64,000 nucleotides of DNA from the NCBI GenBank assembly GCA_963785305.1, contig CAWAUV010000008.1, forward strand, positions 192,001-256,000, given 5' to 3'. Positions 1 through 11,047 of this stretch are shown piece by piece. The number at the start of each line of letters is the position of its first letter. Within the stretch, counting starts at the first letter, position 1. The notes under the pieces were generated by a model. That model had not been told where the DNA came from. It saw nothing but the letters and a program-made list of their open reading frames with translations, and did no database searches. Made by a program: the position numbers and the translations under genes. Source of the stretch: an uncultured Planctomycetaceae bacterium (GTDB taxonomy: Bacteria; Planctomycetota; Planctomycetia; Pirellulales; PALSA-1355).

Positions 1-759
1 TTTCTGGGCGACCCCGATTTCCAGGCGACCCCGCTGCATCTGGTTTCAAAACAGCATTCGCGACGGATCGCAAGGCAAATCGATCCGCGACGCGCCCGGG
101 CGCCCAATCGCCATGAACGGCCGCCGGCGAATTCGCGCGACGCCGGCGGCGCGATCTGCTTTTGCGTATGCGACTCGCGGGGCATGGCCGTGTCGAACAG
201 TTTTGGCCTGGGCCGCAGGTTCGGCTCGCGTGTCGTCGTGCCCGGCGCCGGCTTTTGCTTGAACGAATCGCTGGGGCGGTTCGCGGTCGAGAGCGGTTCC
301 GGCAATGGGCGCCGCGCGCGGCGCGCGGCCGAGGAGCAGGGCAATTCGCTTGCGCCCGGCAAGCGCGCCTTGTCGCCGGCCACGCCGCTCATCGTGCGCC
401 GCGATGGTCGCACGCTGCTCGTCAGCGGTTCCTCGGGCGCCCGCGCGAGCACGGCGGCGCTGTTTGGCGTGGTGGTGAATCTGCTCGAATTCAAGCTCGA
501 TCTTCAAACGGCGATCGACGCTCCTCGCTGGCGACCCTCGGAGGCAGGGCTCGCGCTCGTGTTCGAGGGACACTCGCAAGAAGCCTATGCCGGCGCCGTG
601 CGCGGCTTGCAATTGATGGGCTACCGCGTCGATAAACCATCGGCGCCGCTCGACGCGATCCACGCGATCCGGCAGGGGGAGCATGGACTGCAAGGCGCGG
701 TCGATCCGCGCTCGAGCGCCACGGCGCTCGGTTTTTCGAAGCGGGACCCGAGCGATTGA
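1..759 (+). CDS. gamma-glutamyltransferase-like protein, C-terminal part (5' end outside window); catalytic residues appear degenerate
   Basis: Frame 1 is open from base 1: FLGDPDF...DSRGMAVSNSFGLGRRFGSRVVVPGAGFCLN...NSLAPGKRALS...LQTAIDAPR...GAVDPR, collinear with GGT large-subunit end and small-subunit motifs. Confidence 0.8.
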   Translation, partial: FLGDPDFQATPLHLVSKQHSRRIARQIDPRRARAPNRHERPPANSRDAGGAICFCVCDSRGMAVSNSFGLGRRFGSRVVVPGAGFCLNESLGRFAVESGSGNGRRARRAAEEQGNSLAPGKRALSPATPLIVRRDGRTLLVSGSSGARASTAALFGVVVNLLEFKLDLQTAIDAPRWRPSEAGLALVFEGHSQEAYAGAVRGLQLMGYRVDKPSAPLDAIHAIRQGEHGLQGAVDPRSSATALGFSKRDPSD

Positions 760-779
760 ACGCGGCGTCTGCTTTCCCT

Positions 780-3700
780 TTAACGAGCCGATCCGGCGTC
801 CGGAGTGGCGGCATTCGCCGGCGGGCTTGCTTGGATCGCCGGCGCCGAGCGGAGGCTCAGCAGGTATGCGAGCAATTGGCAGAAATCGTCTTCGCTCATG
901 GTTTCCGCCACATTGGCCGGCATGGGCGAGAGCGGCGACACGGCGCGGCTCGTGATCGAGGCGAGCGGCGCTCGCTGGGTTTGGCCCGTGGCGTCGAAGA
1001 GCGTGAGCGTTTGGCCCTCCTCGCGAAGGCCGAAACCCGAGAGCACGAGTCCATCGTCGGTTTCGATGGTCATGAGACGAAACGCGAGATCGACATTGCG
1101 GCTCGGATCGAGCATGTCTTCCAGCAGCCGGTCGAGTCCGCGAACGCCGATGCCGTCGAGCGCCGGCGCGATCGCGGCGCCGAGGCCATCGATCTTGTGG
1201 CAATTCTTGCACACGCTCCGGGCATAGACCGCTTGACCGGCTTTCGGCGAAAACTCGCCGCTCGTGAAACGCTGCTTCCGCTGGCGAACGAGCTCGGCGA
1301 TGCGATCGTCGGCCGGGGAGAGATGTTCGGTCAGCTCGGCGATCGTGGCGTCGAGCTTGGCTCGGGCGTCGCCCGCATCGTCGAATGAGGCTCGCAGGCG
1401 CACGACCACGGTCGGCTCTTTCAAGAGCGCCGCCGAGGCGTGGCCCGAACGAATCGCCGCCAAGAGCGCCGCGGCCGAGGGCTTGTGGCCGGCCATCGCG
1501 GTGGCGATGCTCAACGCTAGCGGACGCGGCGCCGCGGTCAGTTGCTCGGCGAGCGTTCGCGAAGCATCGTCGCGAGCGGCGCGGCCGAGCAGTTCCGCGG
1601 CTTTCTGTCGAACGGCAATGTCTTGCGATGCGTCTTTCAGCAGCGCGGCGAGCGCCGCGGTCGCGCGCGCTCCGGTCCGACCGTCAGCAGCGCTTCGCCC
1701 GCCGCCAGCCGCACACCCGGCGGGGCAGCGCGATCGTCGGCGAGTCGGCCAATCGATTCGCTCAATGCACCAAGCCGAAACTGCGCCGCCAAGCGGCAGG
1801 CTTCGATCCGCCGAGTGCTCGGGTCGGCGAACGATGCCGCCGGCTCGGCAACCACGGCCGGTTCGATTCGGGCCACGGCCAGCCAAGCATAGGCGCTGTC
1901 GGCCAGACCATCGACGATCTCGATCGCGCCGCGCTGACCTTGCCAGCGGGCGAGGTCCCAGGTGATGTGCTGGGCGGTGTCATTGTCGGGCGGAGATGAC
2001 CGGGCCACTTCGGTTCCATCGGCCAGCAAGAGCCGGGCGAAATTGCGATTGGCGCGCGGCTTGCCCGGCGGGCCATCGTGGCCGCAGATCCAAAACGATA
2101 GCGACTTCGGCAGCGTGAACTCGCCACTTCGGAGCACTCCGGTGAGCCGTTCGCCGGTCGGGTTGCGTTCGTGTAGCGAGCTCACGAGCGGCGGCTGCTG
2201 GGCGCCGTCGGCATAAGCGCGTTTCTCGACGGTCCAAGGACTTGCCGATGACCCGGCGCCGGGCAGCGGCGCGGCCGTCCATGCGGCGGAGTCGTGTGAA
2301 GCAAGATTGGCTTCGAGCAGCGCCGGAAGCAACGACACGATCGATGGCGTGAGCGGTTGCCCGCGGCTGGCAAGCCCTTCGGCAAAGCCCCGGATAAGCG
2401 CGAGTTGGAAGGCGCGATCGTCGGGACGCTGCTCGGCAATGCGGCGCACGATGCCGTCGATCTCGCGAGGCTCGAGCACTCGGGCGGCCCGGGGCGCGGC
2501 CTCGATCAGCAGATCGCCGGCGATTTCGCCCTCGAGCGCTCCGCGGCACACCAGCGCGGCGGCTGGTCCGCTGGGCGAGAGCGCCGCGATCGCGATGAGC
2601 CGTTGTCGCTCGGCGGCCGAGAGCGGAAGCGTGGCCCAAGTGTCGGCTATCGCGGGACTGCGAAACTGATCGCGCGCCGCGATCTTGAGCGCATGCGCCA
2701 GTTGCGGATCGAGCGACGAGGCCGTCGAGCAGGCGCGGGCCAAGGGCGGCAGGTTCTCTGGCGCAGGAATGCGCCCCAAGCACCGTGGCCGCGGCGCGGC
2801 GAACGAAAGGATCGGCATCGGTCAGCGCGGCGCGGGCGATTTCGAATTTCCAGGCCGGCCAAGTCGCCGGATCGACCTCCGGGGCGCCCTCCGTCGGCGA
2901 ATCGATGATTGCTTCAAGCGCGCGCACCAAATGCACGCGCACCAGCGGCTCGGAATGCGCGGCGAGCGACTTTGCCCGCCGCTCATCGAGTAGGCCAAGA
3001 CGCGCCATGACCCATGTGGCGTGCGCTTGCCAGGCGGCGGGATCATCGACCTCGTCCGGCCGAGTGTGACCCCACGCGGCGAGCCACTCGGGTTTCGCGA
3101 CGCCCGGCGCACCGCGAAGTCGCTCGACCAGCAGATTGGTCGCCAGCGAGCGGACCGTGAGATTGCGATCGCCGAGTCGAGCGTCAAGCTCGAAATCGGT
3201 GGCCGCGTTCAAATTGGTTGTCGAGGGCGGTTGTTTGGGACTTTGGAGATTTTCGCCCGCCGGTGTTCCGCGATAGACCACGCGCCAAATTCGCCCCCGC
3301 TCGCGGTCGCGGCCCGGATGCGTGAGCGGCACTTCATAATGCCCGATGATGCGATTGTAGAAATCGGCAATGTAAATCGCGCCGTCGGGCCCGAGTTGCA
3401 TGTCGACCGGGCGAAACCAAGGGTCGTCGGAGCGGACAAAATCCTCGACCTTCACGACCCGCGGGGAACTGCCGTTCCAGCGGAGCCGGTCGCAATGCAC
3501 GCGGTTCGTAATCACATTGCCCACCAGCAGCACATCGCGATACTCCGCGGCCGGTTGCTCGCCCGAGAGATATGCCACGGCGGAAATGCCGGTGCCGCCG
3601 TGATCCGTGGTGGTCGTGTCGGGCGCAAAGCCGAGCCCGTCGTGCGGCTTGCCGAAGCTTTGATAGTAGCCTTCGCGAAGCAGCATGCTCACGGCCCGTG

Positions 3701-4470
3701 AGTGGCAGTCGGCGCTGATAGAGATCGCCGCGCGGATCAAAGGTTAGGCCGAACGGATTGACTTGTCCAAAGGCGAAGGACTCGATCCTCGCGCCGTCGG
3801 GCCGGAAGCGATAGGTGTTGCCCGACTGCATTTCGATCACCGCCGGTCCGTCGCCGCCGCGCCGCGCGAGACTGTGGTTGCTGAAGCCGTGGTTGGCGTA
3901 GATCCAGCCATCGATCCAGGGAGTGAAGGCGTTTTGATTGCCGTGGGTGTCCGTGACGCCGAAGGGGCCGAACAAGATCGCCCGCCGGTCGGCCACGCCA
4001 TCGCCATCGGTGTCGGTCAGTCGCCAGATATGGGGTATCGACCAACAGATCGCCTCACGGTTGCCCACGCCCAAGGGAACCACGCCGATCGGAATATTGA
4101 GCGTGTCGGCAAAGCGAGCAATCGTGCGGGCGCGGCCATCGGGGCCGAAGTCGCTCAGCACGCTGATCGCGTCGCGCACCTTCGCCGGATCGGTGGCCGG
4201 GAATGGATACTCGATCGTGTGCGAAACCCAGAGGCGGCCCAGGGCGTCGAACTTGAGATTCATCGGCTTATGGATCTCGGGCTCCGCGGCCACGAGCTCG
4301 ATCGTGAAGCCGGGCGGAAGCGTGAATCCACGCTGCTCTTCGGCCGGAGAGCGCGGCTCGGTGGTGGCCACGACCGGCTCGGCCGCGGCCCGGGGGGCGA
4401 GCGAAAATTCCCAGGCCAACAGCGGGAGCGCGGCCAAGCCAACGCGAAACGATCGAAACATCGCGCGCAT
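780..4470 (-). CDS. PVC-type heme-binding CxxCH protein (membrane-bound dehydrogenase beta-propeller + HEAT-like repeats + cytochrome c); split by about 3 frameshifts
   Basis: Consecutive ORFs 3334-4470 (signal peptide, FTLPPGFTIELVAAEPEIHKPMNLKFDALGRLWV, DTDGDGVAD), 1980-3740 (DPWFRPVDMQLGPDGAIYIADFYNRIIGHYEVPLTHPGRDRERGRIWR), 1637-2818, and 780-1886 (CKNCH, IAPALDGIG, LSPMP). Confidence 0.85.
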
Positions 4471-4501
4471 AAGACAAAATGGTTGCTCGAGGATCGAATT
4501 G

Positions 4502-5176
4502 TTACGACTCGGTGGCGGCTTCCGGCCGATGATGTCGCACGATCGATCCTTCGACCATATAGATCACGTCTTCGGCCACGCTGCACGCCATGTCGGCCAG
4601 TCGCTCCAAATGTCGCGACACGCCGGCCAGCCGCAGCAGGCTCTCGGCCCGCTCGGGATTGCTTTGAATTTGCTTTTCGATCGTTTGATCGATCTCGCGG
4701 CGGCGGGCGTTTACCTCGGAGTCGGCCTCTCGCACTTGCCGGGCCAGACTCGCGTCGGCGTTGACGAGCGCGTCGAGACTGGTCTTCACCATCCACTGGA
4801 CTCGCAGCGCCATGCCGCGAAAATCGCCGGGCAGCTCGAACCGCTCGTTGCCGGTGAGAAACACCACGCGCTTCGCGATATTGCCGGCGAGGTCGCCCAT
4901 GCGCTCGAGGTCGCTATTGATCTTGAGCACCGCCACGACGAATCGCAAGTCGACCGCCACTGGCTGATAGAGCGCGAGGATCTTGAGCACATCCTCCTCG
5001 ACCTCGACTTCCATTCGGTCGATTTCGTCGTCTTCGTCGATCACGGCGCGGGCCAGAGCGCGGTCTCGCTTGACCAAGGCTGAAATCGCCTTGGCGATCG
5101 CCTCCTCGACCAGGGTGCCCAGAAAGAGAATCTTTTGCTTGAGCGCGTCGATTTGTCGTTGCAGATGCTTGGCCAT
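4502..5176 (-). CDS. phoU: phosphate signalling complex protein PhoU
   Basis: LALYQPVAVDLRFVVAVLKINSDLERMGDLAGNIA and HLERLADMACSVAEDVIY motifs; lies downstream of pstB. Confidence 0.95.
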   Translation of the reverse strand: MAKHLQRQIDALKQKILFLGTLVEEAIAKAISALVKRDRALARAVIDEDDEIDRMEVEVEEDVLKILALYQPVAVDLRFVVAVLKINSDLERMGDLAGNIAKRVVFLTGNERFELPGDFRGMALRVQWMVKTSLDALVNADASLARQVREADSEVNARRREIDQTIEKQIQSNPERAESLLRLAGVSRHLERLADMACSVAEDVIYMVEGSIVRHHRPEAATES

Positions 5177-5322
5177 GGCGGGCGCGATTCAAGTTTCGCG
5201 AAGAGGCTGGGGTGAAGCGGCTTCCGATCCGCTTCCAAAGCGCCGGCGGGCGCCACTCCGCGCAATGCGAGGCGGCACTGGCGAGGCGGGGAAAACGCCC
5301 CAGGGCGATTCTCCATCGACCG

Positions 5323-6195
5323 CTAGCCAAACCGACCGGTGATGTAGTCCTCAGTTTCTCTTAGAGCAGGCTTGGTGTAAAGGTCGCTCGTCGGACCATA
5401 TTCCAAAACGCGCCCCAGATACATAAACGCGGTGTAGTCGCTGGTGCGCGAGGCCTGCTGCATATTGTGGGTCACGATCAACACGCTATAAGCTCCACGC
5501 AGCTCTTGGATCAGGTCTTCCACCTTGCCGGTCGCGATCGGGTCGAGGGCCGAGCAGGGCTCGTCCATCAGCAGCACCTCCGGCTCGGCGGCGATCGCGC
5601 GGGCAATGCAAAGCCGCTGCTGCTGGCCGCCCGAGAGCCGCAGGGCGCTGTCATGCAGCCGGTCTTTCACATCGTCCCAAAGCGCCGCGCCGCGGAGGCT
5701 GCGCTCGCACACCTCGTCGAGAAGTTGGCGGTTTCGCTCCCCATCGATCCGCAGCGAATAGACCACGTTTTCATAGATGCTCATTGGAAACGGATTCGAC
5801 TTCTGAAACACCATGCCCATCCGCTTGCGAAGCTCGATCACATCGACCGCCGGGCCATAGATCGAGTCGCCATTGAGCCGCATGTCGCCATGGAACTTGA
5901 CCCCGGCCACGAGATCGTTGAGCCGGTTCACGCTGCGCAGCAGGGTCGACTTGCCGCAGCCCGAGGGGCCGATCAGGGCCGTGACCTTGCCGCGGGGAAT
6001 ATTCAGGCTGATGCCGTGCAGGGCTTGCTTGGCGCCATACCAGAGGTTGAAATCCTTGACTTCGAGCACCGGCTCTTCCTTGGCCACGGCCGCATGGGTC
6101 ACCGTGGGAACGACTTCGCCGCGGGCGATCGCCGCGAGCCGGCCCTGGCTCATGGCCGAGGGAGCGGCGGCGTCGAGGGCCGGAGCGCTGTTCAC
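5323..6195 (-). CDS. pstB: phosphate ABC transporter ATP-binding protein PstB (start uncertain)
   Basis: [74 protein letters not shown]. Confidence 0.95.
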   Translation of the reverse strand: MNSAPALDAAAPSAMSQGRLAAIARGEVVPTVTHAAVAKEEPVLEVKDFNLWYGAKQALHGISLNIPRGKVTALIGPSGCGKSTLLRSVNRLNDLVAGVKFHGDMRLNGDSIYGPAVDVIELRKRMGMVFQKSNPFPMSIYENVVYSLRIDGERNRQLLDEVCERSLRGAALWDDVKDRLHDSALRLSGGQQQRLCIARAIAAEPEVLLMDEPCSALDPIATGKVEDLIQELRGAYSVLIVTHNMQQASRTSDYTAFMYLGRVLEYGPTSDLYTKPALRETEDYITGRFG

Positions 6196-6427
6196 CGGGC
6201 GCCCGCGGCCGGGATAACGTCGCCGACAGTGTTTTCCGCGCCAACCGTGTTCGCCGCGCCGACGGCGGAGCCGTTGGCCGAGGCGAGCGCGGCCGTCGGA
6301 GTCGCGTCGCGTCGGGCATCGGGCGTAGTCGAGGGGCCGTTCACGCTAAAAGTCCCGTTCAAGCTGGAAAGTCCTTGAATCTCACTCAGCGCCCAGCCCG
6401 CGAAGAGCCCGACGCACCGGCAAACAA

Positions 6428-8226
6428 TTAAAAATGGCTGGCCACGAAACGACGCCGCAACCGGCCGCGCAGCCAGATGGCGGTCACATTGAGCACGGTG
6501 ACGATCGCGATTAGAAGCAGGGTCGTGGTGTAAACCATCGGCTTGGCCGCTTCGCTATCGACACCCTGAAAACCAAGGTCGTAGATCTGAAAACCGAGGT
6601 GCATGAAACTCCGCTGCGGATGCAAAAACGGAAACACGCCATCGACCGGCAATTGCGGCGCCATCTTCACCGCGCCGACAAGCATCAGCGGCGCCACTTC
6701 GCCCGCGCCGCGGGCCATGGCCAGGATCATGCCTGTCATGATACCAGGAGCGGCGCGCGGAAGCACGATGCGCTCGATCGTTTGCCACTTGCTCGCCCCG
6801 CAGGCATACGACCCTTCGCGCATCGAGCTGGGCACCGCGGCGAGCGCCTCTTCGGTGGTCACGATCACGACCGGCAGCGTCAACAGGGCTAGCGTGAGCG
6901 AGGCCCACAGGAGCCCGCCGGCGCCAAACGTGGGGTGGTGCTCCGCCACCGCGGCGCTGAAGAACCATTGATCGATCCGCCCGCCCACGGCATAACAAAA
7001 AAATCCTAGTCCAAACACGCCGAACACAATGCTCGGCACGCCCGCCAGATTGTTGATCGCCACCCGCACGGCGCTCACGATGGCCCCGGCCCGGGCATAT
7101 TCGCGCAGGTACAACGCGGCGAGCACTCCAAACGGCACGACGGCCAACGACATGACCAGCGTCATGACCACGGTGCCGAAGATCGCGGGAAACACGCCGC
7201 CCTCGCTGTTGCTGTTGCGAGGCTCGGCGGTGAGAAACTCGCGCCAGCGGTCGAGATACCAGCCCGCGCGGCTCAAAACACCGAGTTGATTGACCGGCAG
7301 GGCCCGCACGATCTGTTCGAGCGGCAGGTCCTTGGTTTGGCCCGCGGCGGTTTCCAAACGCATCCGGGCACGGGCATTTTCCGCGCCAGCGCCGCGATTT
7401 GTTTTTCGATATCTGCGGTGATCGCATTTTGCCGAACCTCGACCGCGGCGAGCGCATCCGCGCGGCGGCGAAACAGCCCCGACTCGCGGCCTTCGGAAAG
7501 CTCGGCCTGTTTGAGGTCGAGCCGCGCGGCGTCGATCACCGGCGCGACTTCGATCTGCAACCGGCGCACCGGCGCATTTTGCTCGCGCCAGCGGCGGCGG
7601 GCCGCGGCATGTAGTTCTTGATACTTCGCCCAAACCGTGGCTGGAGTGTCGGCGATCACTTTACCGTCGATGAGCATCGCCGTCGGTTGGCCATAGAACC
7701 GGCCATGCTCCATGCGCTCGACGACCAGCGCCCATTCCGGCCGCGTGGGCGGAGCGGCGATTTCATCGATGTTGATCCAGACAAAGGGCGTGCCCGTGAG
7801 ATCGGCGTTGCCCACGCGGAGCGATTCACGCTCGCCGGACTTGCCCGCGGAGTCCTTGAACGACTCGCGGCGCACGATTTCTCCCAGCAGCACTTGCCCG
7901 TCGTTGAGCTCGACGCGCACGATCGGCGCTGGCCAAAAGGTCGACAGACCATGGAACAAGATAAAGCCGAGCAGCCCGGCGATCATGAGCAGGGCCACGG
8001 CGAGCGCTCCGCCGGTGAGCCAGATCATGGGTTCGCCTTGCGCCGCGAGCGAGCCGACGCTCTTGGGCCGCCGGACTTGGTAACCGGTCGCGCTGGCGGA
8101 CGCCGGGGCGCTTCGCCGCGACGATCGGGGCGCCGGCATTCGGCGATCCGGCGCGAGCGCCATCCGGCGGCGGGTCGTTCGCGCCCGGCGCGGCCGAGCG
8201 GCGCGGGTGGCGGGCTCAGAGCTCAT
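6428..8226 (-). CDS. pstA: phosphate ABC transporter permease PstA with a large extracytoplasmic insertion; frameshift near 7380
   Basis: ORF 7273-8226 (GEPMIWLTGGAL, first TM segment) continues in 6428-7633 (EGGVFPAIFGT, NLAGVPSIVFGVFG, EGSYACGASKWQTI, ARGAGEVAPL). Confidence 0.88.
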
Positions 8227-10924
8227 AGGCCCTCCGGCGAAAGCGCAGTCGCACCACTTCGGCCACGGTGTTCAGCACGAACGTGAGCATGAATAGAGTG
8301 AGGGCCGCGAAGAAAATCGTGCGATAGATCGAGCTGCCTTGCACCGCCTCGGGCGCTTCGGCGGCGATCATGGCGCTCAGGGTGCGGAAGCCGTTAAACA
8401 TGTTCCAGTCCATGATCGGAGTGCCGCCCGTGGCCATCAGCACGATCATCGTCTCGCCCACGGCGCGGCCCAGGCCGATCATCATCGCCGAAAACAGACC
8501 GCTCATGGCCGTGGGCACGATGATGCGAATCGCCGTCTGCCAGGGAGTCGCTCCGGCGCCCAGCGAGGCGCTGCGCAAATGTTCGGGCACCGTCGACAGG
8601 GCGTCGTCGGCGATGGTGTAGATCAGCGGAATGATCGCGAAGCCCATCACGAAGCCCACCACGAGCGCGTTCTTTTGTTCATACTGGCCGACGAGCCCTC
8701 CGCGCGGATCGAAGCCCAGGGCCGTGAGGGCCAGCGCGACGAGATAGGCCAAGGCCACGGTCGTGGCGGCGCCGACGAGGAACTTCGTGGTGTCGACCCA
8801 GGCCCAGAGCTCGCGGCGCCAAGCATAGGCATGGGGGCGAAGCCAGCCGTTGAACCGCGCCGCGAGCCACACGCTCACGGCCGCCATGGGCGCGAGCAAG
8901 AGCACGAACCAGCCGCCCAGCGGGCTGGCGACTTGGCCATCGAGCCAGCCGCGCAAGTCGCCGGCAAAGAGCAACCGCTCGGCCCAGGGACCCACCACGA
9001 GCGAGGCGGCCACTCCCAGGGGCACCGCCAGCGCTATGAACCAAAACCGCCGGGCGCTCGCTTTGAGCGTCCAATCGCGCGGGAGCAATTGCCAGAGATG
9101 GGCCATCGACAAACAGGCGAGGGGCGTCGTGAATAGCGACGCCACGAGCGATGAAAGCACATGCTCCGTGAACGGCGCGAGCACGAGGCCGCCGATATAA
9201 CCCAACACCACGCTCGGCAGGCTCGCCATCAATTCGATCGCGGGCTTGACGCGGGCCTTGACCTCGGGCCGCATGAATTCGCTGGTGTAGATCGCCGCGC
9301 AAAAGGCCAGCGGCACTCCAAAGGCCATGGCATACAGCGTGGCCTTGAGGGTGCCAAACACCAGCGGCGTGAGGCTCAGCTTGGGTTCGCTGCCCTCGGC
9401 GCTACTCGACGACTGCCAGGTGTAGCTCGGCGCCGGATTGTTTTCGTACCACACCGGCAAAAACAGCGAGCGGAAACTGACTTCTGGATAGCCGGGATCC
9501 AATGTCCACATGGCGATTCGATTGCCGCCCAGGGCCACCACCGCGTCGTCGCGCGGAGCGATCGCGAGGGCCTGGGCACAGTGACCATCGCCTAGATTCA
9601 TTTCCGCGATTTCGCGTGCGGTCGTTAGATACAAGATGCGGATCACGCCGTGGTCGTTGCCCACCGCCACCGAGCGGCCGCGGCGCAACGGCGCAATGCG
9701 CGTGATTGCCGAGCCGGTGGGAGCGAATTCATGCGCCTTGAAGAGCATTCGCCGGTCGGGCGTGTCGAGTTCCTTGAGTTCCGCGCGAAACCAAGCTTGC
9801 ACTCCGCCCTGGGAGTCACCCGCCACGAGCGTGGCGCCGCCGGTGGCGAAGCGCAACGCGGTCAAGCGCGTCGCGGCGTCGGGCGCCAGATCGCGCTTCT
9901 CGGCAAAGCGGGGATTCTTCAGATCGCCCACGAAATATCGGTCGAGCTCCCCATCGCTCCAAGCGAGATATACATTGTCGGCCAAGCCCGAGATCAGGAG
10001 AAAATCAGGCAACCCGCGCCCGGCCGCGTGATCTTGCCAAGCGATGGTCGCGCGGGTCGCGACTTCGTATTCGAATTCGTCGGTCAATTCGTTCTTGTGG
10101 CGGGCGACTTCGGCCACGGTGAGGGTCCCGTCGGCCGTGAGCGCGCACACGATCAAGCCCTGCGACTGGGCGACGAAATCGAGCCGGCGAATCGGGCCGG
10201 TGAGCTCGAGCGGCAAGGGCGACTCGAGCTCGACCCCCAGCCGCTCGATGCGAAACTGGTCGAGCGCCGTGCGGGTGGCGAGCGCGTGGTTCCAGGTCGT
10301 GGTCGAGCCCAACGCCAAGTGTTTGGTGTCGAGTGGCGACGCGCCCTCGGCGAGTTGCTCCGGCGAGGCGAAGTCGATGTCGAATCGCGGCGTGAGCAAA
10401 CGCGCCTCGCCGTTTTCGAGTCCGACGAGGGCGGTCGCGGTTCGATCGTCGAAAGCGAGGGCGGTTACGGTTTGGTCGGCAAGTGGCGATTTTTCGTCGA
10501 GCACAGCGCCGTCCGCCAGCCGCGCGAATGTGACTTGGCCGGCCGGCGAAACCACGATCGCGGCGGTGGCGTAGTCATCGACAAGGATTCGCTCGCCTTC
10601 GGGGCAACAATACACGCCGGCCGCGCCGTCGCCTTTCGAGAGTTTTTCCGGCGACGAAGGCTTTTTCAACGGCGCGTCGGTTGCCGCCGGCCGAGCGGGA
10701 TCGCTGGCCGGCGCGGACCAAGCGTTTTCTACCCGGGGACCGACTTTGGCCGGCCAAAACAAGGGCGCGACGACCGAAAGCAAGAACACGCAGACAAGCG
10801 AAACGGCGATGATCGTGCCGATGCCGCCGGCCGCGATCAACCAACGCGCGACGATATCGGCCCAATACACGCTGCGCCGCGTGCCGCGCCGTCGGGTTCG
10901 TCCGGTGATGGTCGGGTCGCTCAT
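8216..10924 (-). CDS. pstC: phosphate ABC transporter permease PstC with a WD40-like beta-propeller insertion
   Basis: 902 aa; PLVFGTLKAT, KPAIELMASLPSVVLG, SASLGAGATPWQT, GRAVGETMIVLMATG; about 430-aa soluble region after TM1. Confidence 0.9.
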   Translation of the reverse strand: MSDPTITGRTRRRGTRRSVYWADIVARWLIAAGGIGTIIAVSLVCVFLLSVVAPLFWPAKVGPRVENAWSAPASDPARPAATDAPLKKPSSPEKLSKGDGAAGVYCCPEGERILVDDYATAAIVVSPAGQVTFARLADGAVLDEKSPLADQTVTALAFDDRTATALVGLENGEARLLTPRFDIDFASPEQLAEGASPLDTKHLALGSTTTWNHALATRTALDQFRIERLGVELESPLPLELTGPIRRLDFVAQSQGLIVCALTADGTLTVAEVARHKNELTDEFEYEVATRATIAWQDHAAGRGLPDFLLISGLADNVYLAWSDGELDRYFVGDLKNPRFAEKRDLAPDAATRLTALRFATGGATLVAGDSQGGVQAWFRAELKELDTPDRRMLFKAHEFAPTGSAITRIAPLRRGRSVAVGNDHGVIRILYLTTAREIAEMNLGDGHCAQALAIAPRDDAVVALGGNRIAMWTLDPGYPEVSFRSLFLPVWYENNPAPSYTWQSSSSAEGSEPKLSLTPLVFGTLKATLYAMAFGVPLAFCAAIYTSEFMRPEVKARVKPAIELMASLPSVVLGYIGGLVLAPFTEHVLSSLVASLFTTPLACLSMAHLWQLLPRDWTLKASARRFWFIALAVPLGVAASLVVGPWAERLLFAGDLRGWLDGQVASPLGGWFVLLLAPMAAVSVWLAARFNGWLRPHAYAWRRELWAWVDTTKFLVGAATTVALAYLVALALTALGFDPRGGLVGQYEQKNALVVGFVMGFAIIPLIYTIADDALSTVPEHLRSASLGAGATPWQTAIRIIVPTAMSGLFSAMMIGLGRAVGETMIVLMATGGTPIMDWNMFNGFRTLSAMIAAEAPEAVQGSSIYRTIFFAALTLFMLTFVLNTVAEVVRLRFRRRAYEL

Positions 10925-11047
10925 GACGCCGCGCGGCTTGCCGTTGCGGCCAATGCCGCCCAGAAACGGTCGAGGGGGTTCGGTGACTCAAGGGGAAAAA
11001 GGATCAACATCGACCCCGGCGAGCGCTGCCCAAAACCCGGGAACTTG

